Shown piece by piece: positions 11,803 through 24,886 of a stretch of DNA of 64,000 nt; within the stretch, counting starts at the first letter, position 1; each line of letters starts with the position of its first letter. Source of the stretch: Octopus sinensis. Lineage: Eukaryota. The position numbers and the translations under genes were made by a program. The notes under the pieces were generated by a model, which saw nothing but the letters and a program-made list of their open reading frames with translations, was not told where the DNA came from and ran no database searches. The stretch covers positions 85,250,001 through 85,314,000 of the forward strand of contig NC_042999.1 in the NCBI RefSeq assembly GCF_006345805.1. Direction: 5' to 3'.

Positions 11803-12221
11803 CATACATACATACATACATACATACATACATACATACATACATACATACATACATACATACATACATACATGCATGCATGCATACATGCATGCATGCA
11901 TACATGCATGCATCCATGCATGCATACATGCATGCATACATGCATGCATGCATGCATACATACATGCATGCATGCATACATGCATGCATGCATACATGCA
12001 TACTTGCATACGTGCATGCATGCATACATACATGCATGCATACATACATACATGCATATATGCATGCATACATACATACATACATACATACATACATACA
12101 TACATGCATACATACATACATACATACATACATACATACATGCATACATACATACATACATGCATGCATACATACATGCATGCATGCATGCATACATACA
12201 TACATACATACATACATACAT
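11803..12221. repeat. (TACA)n/(TGCA)n compound tetranucleotide array
   Basis: Direct reading. It generates spurious ORFs in several frames on both strands. Confidence 0.95.
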
Positions 12222-12234
12222 TAGCTACAGACAC

Positions 12235-12540
12235 ATATCCTTTTCGTGCAGCGCACTCTGGGTATTGATTCGTTTGCTGTCTTCAAACGGATGAAATGCT
12301 TTTTCTGTAGGACCTCCGTAATTCAAAGCTCATCATATATCTGCTACATGTATGCATAGTTCTGGTTTAGGACTTGCATATATTGGTTGTGGCCAATTTA
12401 TGCAAATCTTTTCTCTCCAAACTTCAGATGACGGCAAACATTGATACAGTACGTCTGAGCTAGAAAAAGCGGATGGTTACCCATGCAATGTCATTGGTCA
12501 TAAGTCTTCACGATCATGGCTGACTTTAGTGTACATAACT
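12235..12540 (-). mobile_element. Decayed RTE-like LINE 3' fragment
   Basis: Reverse strand resembles the RTE C-terminal IGH...M....P...Y.EL..G......RLK...KR region, with stops. Confidence 0.4.
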
Positions 12541-12773
12541 AAAACAACATAAAATAATATGTGTAACATATATTGGTTTCAAAAAGGCCAGCAATTTCAG
12601 AGGAGGGGGTAAGTAGATAACACCAACCCCTCAAAATACCACCAGGAATTTTGCCTGGCGCACTAAACAGTCTGTCAGCTCGCCACCTTAAATGTGCAGA
12701 ATATAGTGAACGAAAGACGACATTATTGAAATTGCACGTCATTGGAAATATTAATTCTTCTACTTTGAATCAG

Positions 12774-12945
12774 GCTAACACAACTATATTATCAAGCGAC
12801 TGCTCAGTATCGGTAACGTGTTTGGGCAATGGAAAAATTCATGAAAGTTCTTCATGTCCGTCAGGATCTGATTGTCTAATTGAATTTGGTCAACGCATGT
12901 GCAAATGCCCTGATGGTTATGCTCCTCTCAATGGCGAATGTAAAA
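12774..12945 (+). CDS. VWD-domain gene exon E (TILa/VWC-like remnant plus EGF-like Cys module)
   Basis: AATCAG|GCT acceptor in phase 0. Reads ANTTILSSDCSVSVTC...CPSGSDCLIEFGQRMCKCPDGYAPLNGECK. Donor AAAA|GTAAGT (phase 1). Confidence 0.85.
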
Positions 12946-13936
12946 GTAAGTTGAAAGATATAATAATCATTTTTATTACATATTTGATCCAGTGTGCGAT
13001 CGGTGTTTAATTTTCAAACCTACACTCTCTCTAGATGCTTCTATCGGTCAGACTTGACTACCTATATGCATCTGTATGTAGTCCTGGGAAAGTTTGTTTT
13101 GTAGAAGTGTAACAGTTGTCCATGCAAGCAAATATTTATTCTTCATGTCTCTGTTGTGTCCTTGAGAAACACCGCCGTTTTAAGGAAGTCTTTGCTGTCA
13201 GATCGCAAAAGACCTGAGCAAATACTCAAAGCTTCATATCTGGCTTTTTTTAGAATTCTATCAATCTACTGACATAGTCTTTTTATCGACCTCGAAATAA
13301 TGAATTGTAAAGTCGACCTCCGTACGATTTAAACATAATGCACCGAGCGTTAAAACAAATCGAACGTTTTTACAATTCTGGTAATTCTTCACCTTAAGCT
13401 TACCCTACGCGAAGATAAATACAGGACATAGATAAAATGTATTTAGTATTAGAAATAAACATGTTTGCTTTTGCAAAGTCATATATAATGTATTCTAAAC
13501 AAGGTAAGTATGTTATAAATATTTCTGTAGTTGTTTAAGCTAAGACTGAGATTAGATTTGCTGGACTGTTCACATGATGATAAGCATTTGAAGTTTAGAA
13601 AAACAAGGCTGAATTTGAATTCTAATTCGCGTTTCATTTTGATTTTCATTTGATGCCACTAACATTCATTTATGCTACAAAGAATTTTAAGGGAAACGAA
13701 AAATAAAAAAAGCATTTACTACACACTAATATCTATACTGGAAAGTGATTTGTTGCATTTTATATATGTAACAAAAATAGTTGAAGCAAATTATCTGTGA
13801 TGAGCATCGTCAACAATTAGGAAAATTCCGGAATGTTCGACTCATCATTGAAATAATCTCAGTTTAAGTAACTTATTGACAAATCATTGGCGCTCAGATT
13901 GACGTTTTGTACTCAAGACATAGTAAAGAACCTAGT

Positions 13937-14164
13937 TTAATCCTTTTGTGTTTAAAACTGCCATATACAGCCAAAATATTCTAGCTGTTTTAAGTTAAAA
14001 CTGGTTAGATATGGTCTTCCATAGCTACCTTATAGTGTCATTTCAAAAATAAACAATCACGTCACTGAAATCTCAAAGTCATGAAATAGTGCATGATTAA
14101 TTTTAAATAGTTTGAATACATAAGCTTTACATTTGACAGAATAATCTGAATGCTAGTGGGTTAA
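13937..14164. mobile_element. piggyBac-type MITE (TTAA ends, degenerate TIRs)
   Basis: Left end TTAATCCTTTT and right end TGAATGCTAGTGGGTTAA. TTAA at both termini. Confidence 0.5.
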
Positions 14165-15651
14165 TATACATCTTACTTTTTATTAGGGTGAAGACCATAT
14201 GTTTTAGATAACTGTGTGACATATACATTTTTAAGATAATGCCACTAGTGTATTTTCAACTCATGTATCATCATTTGATAGCAAAGCTCTTATGAATTAC
14301 TATTGTTTGTCATTACATTAAGCTTTCTTAAATTAATGTACATACATTAAATTAATGTACTGTACAACAGTTCACTTAACTGTTGAGTGTTTAGCTTTAC
14401 ATCATGCATGCTGATTTCATATCTATTCCCCGGGGAATGGCAAAATTCATATATACCTGACAAAAGAAATTAACTTCAACAGAAATAAACGTTTCTTCTT
14501 TCTTTGTTCAGTGTAATAAAGATAAAGAGATTGTTGAGTATCCTATTACGCACAATATCATTAAACTTGTCTGCTATTATAACTGACTTTAAATTTCATA
14601 AATTTACTTATACGCTAGACAAATACAAATCATTATAGACAAATTATAGATTAGTTACTTCCAAGAAAAATATTTAGTCTTAGTTTAAACTCCTGTTTGA
14701 ACCCAGTTCAATGTACTTAAACTTAATATTCTATTTCCAAACTAATGCGTTGTGGTATTGATCTTTTTAAATATATCAATGTGTAGCTAGTAGATAAAGA
14801 CTAAAGTTCTCGACAAATTACATCATCAATTGAGGCTATTTTCAATTCAAAATATCGTTTGAAAAAAAAGTATGAATAATTTACATGTTATGCTTAAGAA
14901 GTTACTTTTACCTTTGTATTAATGTTCTTTTAGTTAGACGCAAAAAAAGTTATTTCCAAAATTTACCAGTACTATAACTGATGTAAAATATTTTAACCAA
15001 TCTATCTTTAATGCATATTTACCCACTGTCCTTATTTAAGGACAGTTGTATTTGTTTCTTTTACTGCAATAAAGGTTAACTTCCGTATGTTTGTTATCCC
15101 TATTCATATAACTATCTTCAACATTTCGACAGGGTTAATCTGGGTTAAAATGGGTTAAGATGTACGCTCGCGAATATGTTTAGCGTAAAAGTGTAACATT
15201 TTAATAGCTAGCTCAACCAGACTGTTTAAACTTATGGCTAGGTGACACTATTAACATGAATCTAATAGTCGATCATTCACTTTAAGTTATATCTGCAATT
15301 ACATCAAATGTTCATACATGACACAACTGCGAGGCCTCAAGAAGGTTAATAATAATTTACTGCCAGTTTTCCTTTCCCATAATACATTCTTCTCTTTTGT
15401 AATCAATAAAAACGCTTTCGTCACCTGTGCAGTATACATATAAGTGAGATCAATTCACCATGAAATCTATTCTCCCTTCCTGTATTTACTATATATTTAC
15501 TGACGAAAGATTCGAAGAGCAAAGAAGTCAGTATAGCAGCAATATGAATGCATTTAGAAATTCCTTATACAATTTATGATACCGCTGGTACACACGAAAA
15601 TCTCTTTCGTGCTCTTTCATAACACTTTATGAATTTTTGTTCTTTTTTCAG

Positions 15652-15669
15652 AGACGCTGAAACCACCAC
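15652..15669 (+). CDS. VWD-domain gene 18-nt microexon F (K-T-L-K-P-P)
   Basis: Strong polypyrimidine acceptor TTCTTTTTTCAG| and donor AC|GTAAGC. Symmetric phase 1-1, in frame with both neighbours. Confidence 0.62.
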
Positions 15670-16511
15670 GTAAGCTTTATCATTTTATCTTATTTTATGA
15701 AAGTTAAAGGTCTATATTACCAGTCGTTTTATAACATGCCATTTCAAATTAACAGCCGTTCTTGTGTGCAATATTTTCACGTATTCCAGATCATGAGTTA
15801 TTAGCAATACAAATTAAAATGTTCAGTGAAGTTCTTCAGTTTCATAACTTCCTGCACAATACAACTATAAGTATATCCTCTTCAAAGTAATGAAATAGTT
15901 CTACTGGAAGTGATATACTAATGATTCAAACCCGTTGTTGAAGTCATTTTGTATATTAAGGTAGCAAACCTCAACCAGATTTTTCATCAACTTAATGCCA
16001 TAGAAGGTACATTAATTTTACAACTGATTGGTAACACTTTTATAAACTAGAGTGAGGTGGTTGTGACTGAGACTGCAGAGTAGATGTTAACTTGGTTTCT
16101 CTAAGAGTTTCAACTACCAGCACTATCAGGTGCTTTAAGGTTTACGTGAAAGAAAAAAAATCTATATAATTTTAATAATATTAAATAACAATAGTTTAGT
16201 CGTTAGAGACCATGAAATGACAGTCTATATATTGATGTTTTTATCTTTATCATCAACAGCTTCATACTCTCCAGCGAAGACATTATATGATTTAGTTCAT
16301 TTAGATCTAAGATGACACCTTTATATTGTGTTGTTACATAAGATTGAGGAAAGGTATTAAAAGTGTTTTTCCAGCGGTCACCTAAAATGTTAAATTTATC
16401 GAAGATCTTAAAAAATCATACTGAAGTTCGAAACCCAGGATTTTGTATATTTTCGTATAAATATATTTTAATGTAATATAAGAATCATTTGTATTTTCTT
16501 TTATCATTTAG

Positions 16512-16547
16512 CCCCACCTATCATCGATCCAGCTTTCTTACAACCAG
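16512..16547 (+). CDS. VWD-domain gene 36-nt microexon G (P-P-P-I-I-D-P-A-F-L-Q-P)
   Basis: TTTTCTTTATCATTTAG| acceptor and consensus CAG|GTAAGT donor. Phase 1-1, open frame. Confidence 0.7.
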
Positions 16548-16833
16548 GTAAGTTTTCAGTATATGAATCTCTGGTGTTTTCCCTTTTCCCATTTTAATTT
16601 TTGAAGCAATAATATGTTAAACAAGAGGATGTAAAACATATCTTTTGATAATGCTCATCGAAAACATCAAATGAAAAATCAGATGACTTGGATTTCGAGT
16701 GGCGAGGTTTAAACAATATCTTTCCACCTACTGAATTCGTCAAACGCAATTATAATTACAGCACATCACGTTGCAGAGAAACATTGTTTTCACATTCAAA
16801 AAGCACGTACTTGCACACTGCACACACACACTG

Positions 16834-16872
<39 letters not shown>

Positions 16873-17249
16873 GTACATACATTTATATACACACGGACAC
16901 ATACACACAAGCACTCATACACGTACACATAGATTTAGTTTACTTTTCTGTTAAGGTATGATCAACAAAAAATACTCCATACTGTCTGAGATAAACACTG
17001 TTTAATCCATATAAAATATAGTTATGTGCTTCACTTAATTTCATACACTGGAGATGTTGTATATGTAGGTTTTAATAGCACACCTAGTGTTTCAAAGCAA
17101 TATGTGGGCTCTGAGCTATGATCAATACAAGTTACAGATCGGGACGACAGAACAAGAGAAATCACAAGGAAAAAACGAGGAAAAGATGGTCCAGAAATTG
17201 GAAGGGGGAAAAATAAAACAGAAAAAGAAAAGTAAAAAAGAAGAGAATT

Positions 17250-18330
17250 AGAATCATGTCTTCTTTGTCCGAGAAGCAATAAAGCTAGTTGGTGTATAAT
17301 CAACAGAAGGGGTCAAAGTCTGCGATACAGCTGCTCAATCCCGAGATGAGGTGGAGTGTTCTCCAATTCGTCAAAAGAAACTTGGCCATATGTTTGCATT
17401 TGCTGAAAATTTCTCATTTGGAATTCAGCAGTGCGGTGGAATTCTTAGTTTTAAAAAGTATATGCGATCATTCAGCTACGCATAACTTGCATTTTTTAGA
17501 CTCAGTAACACGTGGTATGGATTTTTATACGATTTTCTAGCTTAGTGGCTTTACTCCAAATCAGAGGTAGATCAAACGAGTAAGGCTTTTAATTTCATGT
17601 CACTAGTAGCATTTCCTCTCAAAAGAAATGTCAGAGGATTTTTAGAAGCTTTAAATGCTTGTGTTGATTTTTCCTCTCGAGAAATAGAAGTTCTAGCAGA
17701 CATGCGCTTCCAGAAAAGTGTAGTTTCCTAAGTATTATATATTTGCTCTGGTGTTTAGCCCTTCAACAACCAATTTCTCAGCTGCTCAAGATAACTAGTA
17801 GCAATCTCTGTATTAGCACTCGCAGTTTCACCAGTCATTTATATGTCATGCAAATTCATGCAATTCTTGCAGCTTTCAAACAAGCTTTGCCAGCCAAAAA
17901 GAGTTCTTCATTAGAAATTTCAAATTCGATTTTTTTAGAAAATCGCCATATAAAGTTTTGGCGCTTTTTAAAATTACTATCGTGTTTATCGGCACGTTAG
18001 GCGGATTCTGATCTTCGATCATCTATATACCAGAAAGACGTTTTATTTTCGGCATTACATTGGAGGTATGGAAAAATAGGGTCTGGGCAAACACTGAGTA
18101 TCTTTTTGAGCATTTGACATAATTTTCTCTCTATTGTCACGTATCGTTCCCACTGTAGACGTTGCAGTATTTAATGTTTTGGCTCTATAACTTAGTTCTC
18201 CCTTATTAAGACTTTTTAAAACATCAAGTTTAATATCCAGTATGATCCCTGTACAGTTCCTTTTCGCACTATTACCTTCTTCATTGTTTCTTTGCTGACA
18301 TCTTAAAATGAAGGTAAATTTAACAACATC
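17250..18330 (-). mobile_element. Tigger/pogo DNA transposon remnant (CENP-B-like HTH plus DDE), pseudogenised
   Basis: Reverse strand gives ILDIKLDVLKSLNKGE...STVGTI...REKI, then GETASANTEIATSY and QIYN..ETTLFWKRMSARTSISREEKSTQAFKASK, with stops. Confidence 0.75.
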
Positions 18331-18386
18331 TGCGATTAATTATCCACAACAAATATGTAGTAAAAACAATTGGCCTAGGAAAGAAA

Positions 18387-18466
18387 GAGCGGAAAATTGT
18401 GAGAGCTGAAAATTATGAGACCGGAAAATTGTGAGAGCGGGAAATTCAGAAAGTGGAAAATTGTCT
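18387..18466. repeat. Five tandem 16-bp units (GAGCGGAAAATTGTGA consensus)
   Basis: Units start at 18387, 18403, 18419, 18435 and 18451. Confidence 0.85.
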
Positions 18467-18609
18467 TATCCTATGGATGTAATAACGCAAATGAAATGAA
18501 AAGTTGAAGGACTGAAGAAGAGAAAGTATTATATAATTGCAGTTAGGTGAAAGGTCACCAAATTTTACAGGCAATCCGCTCCTTGCACTTCTGACTTAAA
18601 ACATACTCA

Positions 18610-18642
<33 letters not shown>

Positions 18643-19091
18643 GAACACATACGTACACATTCACCCCCCCCCACACACGTTCATGTACATGTATGTGTTG
18701 GCGTACATGCTGATATCTGTTGCAGCCTGTTGGATTTGAAAGTTGGTTGGTTGATAATGGTGATAATGTGGGTTGCACGGGTTTAGATGGGTCGAATATT
18801 GTTGGTGGTGTGTTGGCCATATTGTTCTTGCTAATTGCAATGTTGTGGCTGTTTAGCTTCAAGACAACCCTCATAGACTTAAGATCCAAGACATTTCATT
18901 CAACTTTTAAAATACACTATGTTACCACATTATATATTTTCATTTGAAACGGATTTGCTTATCTTCTTCATACAATATCTTCATGTTACTGTTAGTAGTT
19001 GTGTTGGTGTTGATGATAGAAACCCACACATATATACATACGTGCATACAACGTATATAATACATATATGCATGCATACATATACATTCAG

Positions 19092-19140
<49 letters not shown>

Positions 19141-19507
19141 CACAGTATGTTCACTATATAACATGTGTGCATGTATGTATGTAACATGATGATAATTTTT
19201 CAAATTGTTAACTATATTGTTGATCTTAATTACGACGCAAAAGCCCATTGAGAGGAAATTGTAGTTTTAAATTGTTCACAATTAAAAATTACACAAACCG
19301 AGTTTCCGTAAGAATGAAATTGCAGAAGTTATCCAGAATTTAAAAATCATACTTTACAATTTCCATAAGCTGGAAATCTCTTAAGCTGAGATAACCGTAA
19401 CGCAGGGGATTCATCCATATATATTGATACATACGCTCATAAATGTCTAATTCCATGGCCATATATGCACGTACGAATTGCCAAACATTGATATATATAT
19501 AAATATG

Positions 19508-19567
<60 letters not shown>

Positions 19568-19799
19568 TATATATATAATAAAATATTAGGGAATAAATCC
19601 AAACTTACAGGGAAAAATCAGATTTAGGATTATATCCAATTTTATAGTATAAATATATTATATTATATTATATTAGAGATAAAACCACTATTAGGCAAAT
19701 CAAACGCTGAAAAACATAAGCCAATACATAAAATTAATTTAATTTATATTATTTTAAATATATATCAAAAGTATTAAAAGTTTAATAAAAGATAAAGAG

Positions 19800-19832
<33 letters not shown>

Positions 19833-19900
19833 TTACACACACACTCACATACATACACGCACACACATATTAATATGTATATCTGAATTTTTTCTTCCAG

Positions 19901-20134
19901 TAATGCATATGTTTATCCGTGTGTCGGTGGCTTATATAAAAGGAACTTTTCTGGAAGAATTGAAATTTGAACATGTGGAAAAATGTGCGCACAGATGTAT
20001 GAATAATACTAAATGTAAATCATTTAACTTCGATGATCTCGTAAAAACTTGTCAGCTATATTCTATCAGTGCTGCAACTGGTATCACTTTGACACCTAGT
20101 GAATGTCCGTACAGGGAGTACTACCAACGAATCG
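19901..20134 (+). CDS. VWD-domain gene exon H (PAN/apple domain 1)
   Basis: TTTTTTCTTCCAG| acceptor in phase 1. Reads EKCAHRCMNNTKCKSFNFDDLVKTCQLY, the canonical PAN C-x3-C-x5-C-x-SF-x-F...C-x-L. Donor ATCG|GTAAGT (phase 1). Confidence 0.85.
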
Positions 20135-20454
20135 GTAAGTAACAAATGACATTAAAAGATGTTATTGTATTCGTAAGAGCAAAATCTTAAGTTTAATGTT
20201 TTTGATATAAAAAAACAAGATAAAGACAGAGAATTGTTGCGCAATTTTGAAGTAGTGGTGAATGTATATATAAATATAAACTTTCATGGGATCAACAGTT
20301 TCATAGGAGCAGCACAAGCATCTAATGAATCAGGTTCTTGCGCCGACTCCACGAAACTTTAAGCTGCTTGGGGTCGAATCAAACGCTTTTTAAAAATAAT
20401 AATAAAGATGATGATGATGATGATGATGATGATGATAATAATAATAAGATATTA

Positions 20455-20900
20455 TTATAAAAGATCAGACAAAAAGGATGTGTTTATTAATTGACATGAG
20501 TATTCCCTGTGATCACAATATAGCGGCGAAAGAATTTGACAAGATTAATAAATATAAAGACCTGCTAATAGAAACTGAAAAGATGTGGCATCTCAAGGCG
20601 ACTACAGTACCAGTGATCGTAGGATCTCTAGGAATGATAAAAAAAGGTACTGAAACCTATTTGAAAATGATTCCAGGTTCACCATGCCTACAGGAAGTGC
20701 AAAAAATCGTATTAACTGGAACGGCTCATGTACTGAGAAGAACAATATCGCTGTGAAAATAACATCCATCCATGAATTCATTTATTTATTAATTTTTAAA
20801 TACATATTTTATCTGTGAATTTGCGCGTGTAATCTGGGAATGCATGCAATGCCCTTCTCTGCCCTAGGTGTATGGAAAACACTCGGCGAGAAACTTTGAA
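20455..20900 (+). mobile_element. R4/Dong non-LTR element 3' fragment (restriction-like endonuclease end)
   Basis: CLLIDMSIP...KEFDKINKYKDL...VPVIVGSLG...QKIVLTGTAHVLRR. Flanked by (GAT)/(AAT) tracts. Confidence 0.85.
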
Positions 20901-20989
20901 GAAAGAAGGAAAAAAAAAAAATAATAATAATAATAATAATAATAATAAGCTGTATAATGCCGATGTTGAAAAACCCTTACCTATCATTG

Positions 20990-22144
20990 GTTAGTGTCTT
21001 CTGGCTTAAAGAAGAAAGAATGGGAGAGGTTTGATCAGTTTCCAGGACTGTATCGGAGCAGAGGAAAACAGCCTAAGGTGGTATATAAAAATGCCGTGGA
21101 GCCACTGTTGAAACACACGAAGAAGGCGGGCGTCATCAAAACTGAAAATTGTGTAACTAAAAAAAATTTAAACAAAAAATAGACAAAAACGAAAAAACAT
21201 GGATGGAAAAATGTACGTTCAGTTTGCAGGAGATGAGCACGCCAAGACAGATTCATAAGTCCAGTGGATATGAATGAGAAGGAGTGACCTGAAGATAAGA
21301 ACAGAAGCACTCATACACACAGCTCAGGAACAAACCTTAAGGACCAATTATATGAAGTGCAGAATTGACAACACTACCGATTGCGACAAATGCAAAGTAT
21401 GTGATGAGAGAGATGAAACGGTATGGCACATCGTTAACGAATGCCCGAGATTGGCACAACGCGAATACAAACGACGCCATGACAATGTGGTAAGAATGAT
21501 CCATTGGAAGCTCTGTGGAAATCACGGCCTACAAAGAGTAAAGTCGTGGTATGAATAAACCCCAGGAGGAGTTACCGAAAATGAGAACTGCAAAATCCTG
21601 TTGGATGTAATGATCCAGTACGATCACCTGACCAGACATAAGAAACCGGACATTGTTGTGGTGAATAACAGAGAAAGAACATGTATGATTATCGACATTG
21701 CATGCCCCGGTGACAACAAGATCAATATGAAAGACGAAGAAAAAATAAGCAATTACGACGATTTAAAGTGGGAAATACGAAGGTTGTGGTCAATGAAGAG
21801 AGTAGACGTGATACATAGTAAATAGTGCACTTGGAAGTATCAGCACTCAACTGTCAGCATGGTTGAAAAAGATCGGTGCAAGTGTAAAGGTAGAACACTT
21901 ACAAAAATCAGCACTGCTTGGAACTGCAAGAATTCATCGCAGGGTTCTTGAAGCATGACCAGTAACCAAGTGTCACCTTAATCTGCTGGCTGTGGACAGC
22001 TGACACTTTCTATCATACCCATCAAAATAAGCTGTGAGTTTTCATGTAATAACAATCATCGCACATCTGTCTGGGGGTCATTGTTGTGACTTGACAAATG
22101 ACTAAAATCTCCGGTGCATTTCTACCTACACTTTGTTACGAAGG

Positions 22145-22145
<1 letters not shown>
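20990..22145 (+). mobile_element. R4/Dong 3' fragment (CCHC finger plus RLE), with stops
   Basis: AQEQTLRTNY, CKVCDERDETVWHIVNECPRLAQREYKRRHD and KKPDIVVV...IIDIACPGD. Lies between (TAA)n tracts. Confidence 0.88.
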
Positions 22146-22206
<61 letters not shown>

Positions 22207-22276
22207 ACATGTACAAACATATCACAGATATAAATAGAGTATGTAAACATAAATTGACCGATAGAACTGATGCACG

Positions 22277-23554
22277 TAACAAATGAGTTCATCCCATAAG
22301 TTGTGTTCGAAATCACCTTTTTTAAAATGGAATGAAATTGAATAGTATTTTAGAACGTCTAATGGAATTAAAAATTATTTTTATGCATTTGTGTACATTT
22401 AAACTAATTAAATATTACTTTACAGAATGATAAAATTAAAATTTCTTTGATTAAAACCCTTTCTAACACGGAAATATTCAAAGAGCATTTAAGGCACATA
22501 ATGCTTTATTACTACTAAAAAGGAAACTCTGCAGACGAAGCGACTCGAAACATACACTCACTTTATGGGAAAGAATGCTTGAATGAAAGAACTTGCAGAA
22601 GATGGTTTACAAAATTCAGAAGTGGAGATTTCAGCCTTGAAGATGAAGATCGAACAGACGTCCAGTTCAGTTTGATGATAAGCTCCTTGAGGCATTACTT
22701 GAAGAAAATTCTGCATTATCAGTTGAAGAATTGGCAATAAAGCTTAGTTCAAACCATACGACTGTTCATCGTCATCTTCAACAACTTGGAAATGCTCCTA
22801 AACTTGGAAAATGGGTGCCTCACGAATTGTCCGAAAGCAACCGCAAGTCTCGAGTTGACATCTGCTCTTCTCTATTCTCGCGAACTCATTTCACCCTTTT
22901 TGGATAGACTTGTGACTGGTAACGAAAAATGGATCTTCTATCGAAATGTTAAATGTCATAAACAGTGGCTTGGTAAAAGGGGAAAAGCTCAACCACAACC
23001 GAGAAGGAAACTTCATGGGAGAAAGGTTCTCTTTATCTGGTGGGATTGCAATGGAGTAATTCACTTTGAATTGTTACAATCTATGCTCTGGTGAACTGTC
23101 AGTAATAAGAGCGTTTGAACCAAACTTTAAAGAAACAAAGACCCGCTCTAGTGAATCGAAAAGGAGTGATGTTTCATCAGGACAATGCGCGGCCCCACAC
23201 TGCAAAGATCACATCACAGAAGATCGAAGAGCTTAGTTTGGAAAAAATTCCTCATTCACCTTATTTTCTCGACCTTGCTCCTTCAGACTACCATTTGTTT
23301 CATAGTTTACAGAATCATTTGGGGGACATAACTTCGCAAGCCAGGAGGAGGTCGAAACTGACATTTCAGTGTTCTTCGCTTTGAAACCAAAAAGAGTTTT
23401 ACATTGATGGGATTAAAAAGTTTGTAAATAGATGAAAGGAAGTCATAGATAATCCAGGAAAGTACATTGATGATTAAATTTCAATTAAATATAACATTTG
23501 ATTACTTGTTTTCTTTATTCAAAATTCGGACAGAACTTATGGGATGACCTGTTA
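22277..23554 (+). mobile_element. Mariner (DD34D) transposon, near full length, frameshifted
   Basis: TIRs TCATCCCATAAGTTGTGTTCGAA / TTCGGACAGAACTTATGGGATGA with TA ends. WVPHEL, LVTGNEKW, HQDNARPH and HSPY..DLAPSDYHLF motifs. Confidence 0.92.
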
Positions 23555-23566
23555 ATTTTCTTTTAA

Positions 23567-23960
23567 GGCGGCGAGCTGGCAGAAACGTTAGCACGCCGGG
23601 CGAAATGCGTAGCCGTATTTCGCCTGCCGGTTTGTTCTGAGTTCAAATTACGCCGCGGTCGACTTCGCCTTTCATCCTTTCGGGGTCGATAAATTAAGTA
23701 TCAGTTACACACTGGGGTCGATGTAATCGACTTAATCCGTTTGTCTGTCTTTGTTTGTCCCCTCTATGTTTAGCCCCTTGTGGGTAATAAACAAACAGGT
23801 ATTTCGTATGTCTTTACTTCTGAGTTCAAATTCCGCCGAGGTCGACTTTGCCTTTCATCCTTTCGTGGTCGATAAATTAAGTACCAGTTGCGATCTAATC
23901 GACAGGCCCTCTTCCGCCAAAATCCGGACCTTGTGCCTTGTGTTGAAAAGAGAATAAATA
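23567..23960 (+). mobile_element. Family A SINE with tandemly duplicated body
   Basis: Head GGCGGCGAGCTGGCAGAAACG. The body restarts at TATTTCG near 23800. Confidence 0.8.
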
Positions 23961-23982
23961 CTTATTTTTCTTTTATTTACAG

Positions 23983-24198
23983 ACAGTAAAACTGTTGTTA
24001 TCTACGGTGCAACTATAACGACGTGTATTCATATTTCTGAGTACAGTAACATTAAAACAGAAGCTGAATGTAAAAAGCTGCGTATTAAAGGGAACTATAC
24101 AGCAATGGAATACTCAAAATTCTTCAAGGGCTGTGGTGTTACTCACAATGCGGAAAAGACATACGGTTTGACTGGTAACATATTTTGGAAATTTGAGC
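23983..24198 (+). CDS. VWD-domain gene exon I (degenerate PAN/apple domain 2)
   Basis: TTTTATTTACAG| acceptor in phase 1. Reads DSKTVVIYGATITTCIHISEYSNIKTEAECKKLRIKGNYTAMEYSKFFKGCGVTHN...WKFE. The donor GAGC|GTACGT is inferred. Confidence 0.68.
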
Positions 24199-24369
24199 GT
24201 ACGTATCTATTTTATCATCATCATCATCGTCGACGACTTCTTCTTATTATTATTTCTTCTTCTTCTTCTTTTTCTTCTTCTTCTTCTTCTTCTTCTTCTT
24301 CTCCTTCCTCTCCTCTTCCGCCTTCTCACTATATTATTCCAATGCTATTATATACAAATTTAATTAGCA

Positions 24370-24833
24370 GGGATGTTATCTTCATAACAAATCTGAAATC
24401 TCAAAGAATTTCTCTTAGGATTCTTGCAGAATACAGGATTGCAATTTTCAGCAGGTCGATAGTACTAGTCTCAGTTCCAATAGCCTTGAGTCTTGTGCCA
24501 AAAGCATCAGTTACTCCAGGAACAACTCTTCTCGTAGTCTTCCATAATCTCTTTATTTCTCAATTTTCTTTATTTCTTTGCTATAAACCCACAAACCCAG
24601 TTATTACAACGTATTGCAAAGTCTATGATTTTAAACTGTAATCATACCTGATTTCCTTGCTTTAATAGTATGGTCAGTCTCTATGGGGAAATTCCATCAA
24701 ATCCTGTTGTCTTCATACCACTTTTCTGTTATTCCGAAGCTACATTCTCGGCTAACAGCCTAGTGCACTCTTTTACCTGTACAGTCATGCGCTTATGCTT
24801 TTTATGTGCCAGCTTACTGCACTCACTCAAAAG

Positions 24834-24835
<2 letters not shown>
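24370..24835 (-). mobile_element. R4/Dong RLE fragment, decayed
   Basis: Reverse strand gives ECSKLAHKK, EKWYE, WNFPIETDHTIKARK and GTETST.DLLKIAILYSARILR. Abuts (TTA)n. Confidence 0.7.

Positions 24836-24886
<51 letters not shown>

Noticed and set aside
11604-12294. Several long overlapping ORFs (114-205 aa) on both strands
   Set aside because: They are translations of the TACA/TGCA microsatellite, which lacks stop codons.
15131-15158. GGGTTAA x3, telomere-like
   Set aside because: 10-bp period, only three units, and not TTAGGG.
24199-24641. Continuation of the 178-aa ORF beyond the PAN2 exon
   Set aside because: It runs through (CAT)/(TCT) repeats and the antisense strand of a Dong fragment, so it is intronic read-through.
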